A stretch of DNA of 64,000 bases from the human T2T-CHM13v2.0 reference genome, Homo sapiens, in NCBI RefSeq assembly GCF_009914755.1, contig NC_060934.1; one strand, 5' to 3'. Numbering within the stretch: the stretch's first letter is position 1; each line of letters opens with the position of its first letter. Position numbers and translations under genes: made by a program. Under the pieces are notes generated by a model. It had not been told where the DNA came from and did not search any database. It was given only the letters and a program-made list of their open reading frames with translations. Positions 56,760 through 64,000 of this stretch are shown here, one piece after another.

Positions 56760-58810
<2,051 letters not shown>

Positions 58811-58975
58811 TAGAAGAGGGTACTAAGGCAAGGTAAGCATCTCTCTTAACGCAGGGGAAGAGAGAGCCCTTGGAGGTGAGAGATGATGACAGCCTTACAA
58901 ACAGCTTCCAAGTTGGAGAGGGAGTTCTGCATTATGGATGGCTTAGGGTTCATTTTCACTGCATAAAAGAAATCA

Positions 58976-59377
<402 letters not shown>

Positions 59378-60329
59378 CTAATCAGGAAGAGTGACTGGAC
59401 ATGGGCTGGGGCAGAAGAAAAATTGGGAAAATGCCCTGGGAGTCGGCTTTGCATCTGCAGATGCAAATGAGCAGAAATCAGTTAGCATTCACCCATCCAA
59501 ACAAGATGTCCTCCTTACTAGTTGACCTGCTTGCCAAGAGGAGAAATGGCCGAAATTGCAAGGGAGAATTTCCCACAATACACACATATACACCCTCTGC
59601 CTGCCACAGAAACCAATGGTCGGGGCAGAGTGTTCAGCCACCTGAACGCGAAGGGCTCCGAGATGATGTTCAGAAAGTATAACATGCTCAGGTCCCACGT
59701 CTCCACAGTCAGGGGAAGGTCCCTTCATTGGCAGCATCCTGCCACTAAGAAAACTCCGGGAGCCGCCTAGATGCCGCACTGCTCCTTGGTCCCTCCAAAG
59801 GGACTATGGGGAGCTATGCAGAAAGAAAACCACATAGGCAGGAATGTCGAAAGACTGCGGGCTCTGCCTGGAGGAACTGAAGTCCTTGTGGCCCGAAGTT
59901 TCTAAGCAGAGGCTGGGCTGCCGTTTGGCGGGGATTTCCCCTTCCTGAGCTTACATTTTTTTCAAGGACCAGGAAGAAGGGGACCGGAGATGAGCATGGC
60001 AAAAGCACGTGAGGCCCTGATTGCGGTCAGATAGCACCCTGTGTTCCTTGCTCCTCCACCGTGAGTGTAAGGACACAGGTCCAGGCCCTTCCCAACGCTG
60101 TGCTGGGGCAGGAGCCCGCAGGGCCCCAGAGCCTGGGTGGTCCCCGCTCCCCGGGCTCTGGAAGTCCGCTGTTTGGGGTAAATTGGCAGCTGCTGAACCC
60201 TAAAGTCGTGGGGCAGGGCTCCGACAGGCCTTTGCGCCTCCTTTCCCCATCAGCGTTTAGAGCTAATGGGAAAGGAATTGTTTATTTTCTTTTGTTTTTA
60301 TATTTTTGGGTTAGCTTTACCGCTACAGA

Positions 60330-60740
60330 AAAGTAAGGTAAATGACCCCGCATTCACGGAGGGTGACTGTGCAAAGCGTGAACATGCGCCGAGTTTATGA
60401 AGCGGGTGTCGGAGCCAGCGCTGCTTCTCGCTGACCCGCATGCCCCGGCCGGCCAGGAACCTGCGCCTGAGTGCCCTGGTGTTTCTCTTGTTTCCCACGA
60501 AAGCACGTGTGAAGGGCAGAGCCACGTTTATCAAGAAGTCATTTTTCCCGTTCGCCGGCATTACACCATTAGCATTACAGGGGCCACCTACACCTCGTAT
60601 TTCGATTCCACAGCTCCGGAGAACCTGCGGTGTTGCGGCCACTCTGTGGGTGTCCCCCCACCCCCATCTCCACTGCGAGCTCTCCGGCCTGGGCACGCAG
60701 CTGCTGACACACATCAGCATGGTGCCCTGGCCGGCATCTG
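60330..60740. promoter_or_regulatory. CpG-enriched unique segment (weak CpG island / enhancer candidate)
   Basis: Visibly more CG dinucleotides than flanking DNA (gccccggccggcc, ccgttcgccggc, tgcggtgttgcggcc); no recognisable repeat. Confidence 0.4.
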
Positions 60741-63162
60741 CTCTGTGGCTGGTGCCTGCCTTGCCAGGGGCAGTAGGTATTGTAAATGCCTCTTTTGACT
60801 GGCACCAGCCCCCCGCCTCTCCTTTCCCTTTCTACAGCTGTTTCCCGGTTCTCTCACTGCTCCCAAGAGGAGAACATTTTCCTGCACCCCGCCCCCCTTC
60901 CCACCATTGCCAGGCCCTGACAGTCTCCACTTTGACGCCTCTTGTACTGTCCCACTGCCCATCAGCCCCAAATCTCATAACCTAGGTGGCTTCTTAATTT
61001 ACTAAAATTACTCTGCTTCTTAAAATGCTTCGAGGACTCCGGGTTGCATGTAACCGTTCTTCTCAGGCTGAGCTGCGTGACCCCCTGGGGGCACTTCCCT
61101 GGGTTCTAGGGCACCAAAAGACTCCTGGGAGATGTCCTGTCTTACTCTGGAGCACCCATTTTACGTGAAGCTTAGAACTATTTTTGAACATTAAAACAAA
61201 TATCAACGTACTTACAGAGTAGAAGATAAAACTGGAATATTTAAAAATATTTAAAATAAATTATGTGCACAGGGGTTCCCTTTAGGCTATGACCTAAGAC
61301 CCTTAGGGGATAAGAGATCAGGGTCCTTAAGGAGTTTGAAGGTTAAGGGAGATCATTCTATCCAAAGAAACACAACGTCCTAGTGCGTCCTGCGCGGCCC
61401 TCTGAGGTGTAGCCTCTCCACCTGTCTGATCTTATTTCTCAGTGTCTTTCTCAAAGCCTGTGCTCTGGCCACACTTCATGGAGTTTTCTCTGCCAAGGTT
61501 GCTCTTGCCCTTCCCTTTCCAGGTGACACGCTCATATCCCCCTTCTAGGTTTATCGAGATGTTTTCTTCCTCTCTGAACCCTCTACTCTTTCCTCCCCAA
61601 ATGGAGTAGAATCAGTTCCTCTCTCTCTTGTCCCCAGCCTCTCTCTTTCTCCCAGCTTCCCAACACATTCATTTTGAAAAAAGTAAGTGTTTTGGCTTCT
61701 GTGTCACAAGCGCTGTGGAGGAATTCTTTCCCAACTGTGCACATTCTGTGGGTTGGGGAAAACCAGCACCCACTTAAGGCACCTCCCTGCTTACACAATC
61801 CCCCAGCAGTGACTCTATGTGCAAATGTCACACCTGACTTGGCTCTCCTTCTTCCTCACAGTGCTGGGGCCCACATTTAGGGTTAAACACTGAGATAATC
61901 ATTTCCTGGTTGTATTCCTGGGAACTGCCCCCAGAGAAACCCCAGTCAGGACTTGCCAGGGGGACCTGCTCTTCTTGCCCTGACTATGACAAACCCAGAT
62001 TTGCGACTGGGGGTCCTCGCCCCATCTGCCTCACTTGTTTTCACTCTACTTTCTTCTTTGGGTTTGGGAAATTTGTCAAGAAGACCTCTTTCATCTTCCT
62101 CTAGAAAAGAGGTCTGAGAATCTGCCCTCCCTTCCTAGAACTTACCACTGTCCCTAACCCACAACTGGTGCTGACTAAACTCAAGTTGGTTGGATGGATG
62201 AAGAGACCATTGCAGGCAGCCCTGGAGAACCTCCCTCTTTCAAGTTCCTTCCCAGGAAAGAGTGTCTCTTGGGGCCACGGTTTTGTCCCTCTTCGCTAGC
62301 TTTGCCTTCATGGAAAGAATAGTACAAACATTTACAAAGAGCTCCAGACTGAGAAGGTAATTCCCACTTATTCCCAGCTGGTGTGATGTGAGGAGTGTTA
62401 CCCCACCAGACCAAGGCGCCCAAATCCACATGCATGCCTAATAGCCAGTGGGACACCTGTGCTTTCTTTCCAAATCCCTCAATGAACTGTCTTGAGAAAG
62501 ACTCACTCACCCACTGCCTAGATCAACCCATACCACCACCAGCCCTGTCTCTCACACTCTACATTTTCCCTGCCGTGTGGTTTCTGGGCTCAACTTCTTG
62601 TTTTTTAATTTCCAGGACCAGAAGCTTTCCTATGGTATTAGCATTATAGGTCTCCATGAAGTAGCTGAGTGGGTCGAGAAGTAGAGTTTATGCAAATAAT
62701 TGGGGAGTAATCAATACTGTAGCTGGGGTAAATAAAACAATTAGAAAGCCATCAACAGGGAAGAACTAATTCTTCTTGGGGGAAGAGAAGAGCAGGGAAC
62801 ACCATCAGCAAAGAGGTGATGTGGGAGCATTTCAAAGGTGGAAGGAAGCAGAAAGAGAAGATGACGGCACATTCTAAAATGAAGGGAGGAGGGGTTGCAA
62901 AGGAATCAAAGCATCCCTGACCTCTCCTTCAATCAAAAAACTGTAAACAGAATATGTTTATTTATATGCGTTAGTATTTTTTCTCTTTGCAGGGGTAATT
63001 TTATACCTTTATGGAAAATCATTTAAAAGCCTTTTATCTATTAGAATTAAAAAGTATATAAGAAAAACATAAAAGCAGTAAGGGCAATGTTATTTCAGAC
63101 AACTCAGAATAATTTAAATCGCCATCTGGAAAGCCCATCAGCGACAGAGCCTTCTGTGGCCT

Positions 63163-63166
<4 letters not shown>

Positions 63167-63210
<44 letters not shown>
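63167..63210 (+). repeat. (TC)22 microsatellite
   Basis: Directly visible. Confidence 0.95.
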
Positions 63211-63212
<2 letters not shown>

Positions 63213-63719
63213 GCTCACAGGTCAGCCCAGAGCATCTGAACATGACCCACGTGGCCCAAGACTCGTGGTGACTTCTCACGGTGGCATGGCTCTGACTTGG
63301 AATTCCCCTGTAGAGGTCCTCCTGGGTGACATCATGTGCATTCCATGCTGTGAGGTGTTTCGAGCCTGTGAGTGTGAACTTTCTTTATGGACAGGAAGCA
63401 AAGGAAGGAAAGTGAATTTAGGAAAACAATGGTCATCTTAAAAAAGAGGTCAGATTTTAAACAAAAGTTTACCAGCCTGTTTCATATTTCTACTTATTTG
63501 GAAACAAGGCTGTTGAACTGTCCTGACAGGCTCTCTCAGACAGAGCTGGGCCCTACAATGGCGTTTTATGCAGGGCTTTGTGGGGAAATTTGGTGAAACA
63601 AGCCCCTGGGAGTTCTGTACCCACCCACGCCACAGGGAAGCCAGGGCAAGCTCTCTGCTTTTAAAGGGCTGGTGTAATAGAGCTCAGGGCTGGTGGGTTA
63701 ACGGCATTACCCTTATTAA

Positions 63720-63880
63720 CCACCTCATTTAATTCTCACCCCGGTGGGTTGTATCTCCCATCTGAGAAAACAGGCTCAGAAAGTTGTTTCTTGCCTACAC
63801 TGTCAGCACTAGTGAGCGCACAGAACCGTACCTAGGTTCATTTGATGCCAAATGTTCACCCCAACAGAGGGAGGATAAAG
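63720..63880 (-). mobile_element. MIR
   Basis: cctcatttaattctcac...tgagaaaacaggctcagaaagtt. Confidence 0.55.
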
Positions 63881-64000
63881 AAGGAAGAGAATGGAGGTTA
63901 GAATGAGAACCAGTGAGTGTGCGGCCTGCAGTCAAAGTCTGTAATTGTCTCTCCTGTGGCTTGGCCAGGACAGTCCCGCTCATTAGCTTGTTTGGCCAAC

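Noticed and set aside
60298-60985. Overlapping 133-181 aa ORFs
   Set aside because: Explained by high GC content; no homology or exon structure recognised.

Overview
Primate (human-like) non-coding DNA, moderately GC-rich and roughly half interspersed repeats: 7 Alus, old L1M and younger L1PA/L1PB pieces, MaLR/ERV1 LTRs, MER DNA transposons, MIR/L2. No cellular protein-coding exon could be supported; the ORF track is explained by L1/Alu remnants, simple repeats and chance ORFs. Highlights: (1) a ~3.9 kb minus-strand L1PA3/4-like element with 5'UTR, ORF1 and endonuclease but no RT half, fused to a ~460 bp non-L1 tail with AATAAA signals, a terminal hairpin and an A-tract, a candidate non-autonomous half-L1 chimera, whose antisense ORF0 is open for 182 codons into flanking DNA; (2) a tRNA-Glu(CTC) 5' half inserted without a tail in an old L1; (3) repeat-free blocks rich in homeodomain motifs, including three perfect PBX-HOX TGATTTATGG sites, suggesting a developmental enhancer landscape. 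Subfamily names and most boundaries are by-eye estimates against recalled consensus sequences, and the locus was not identified.
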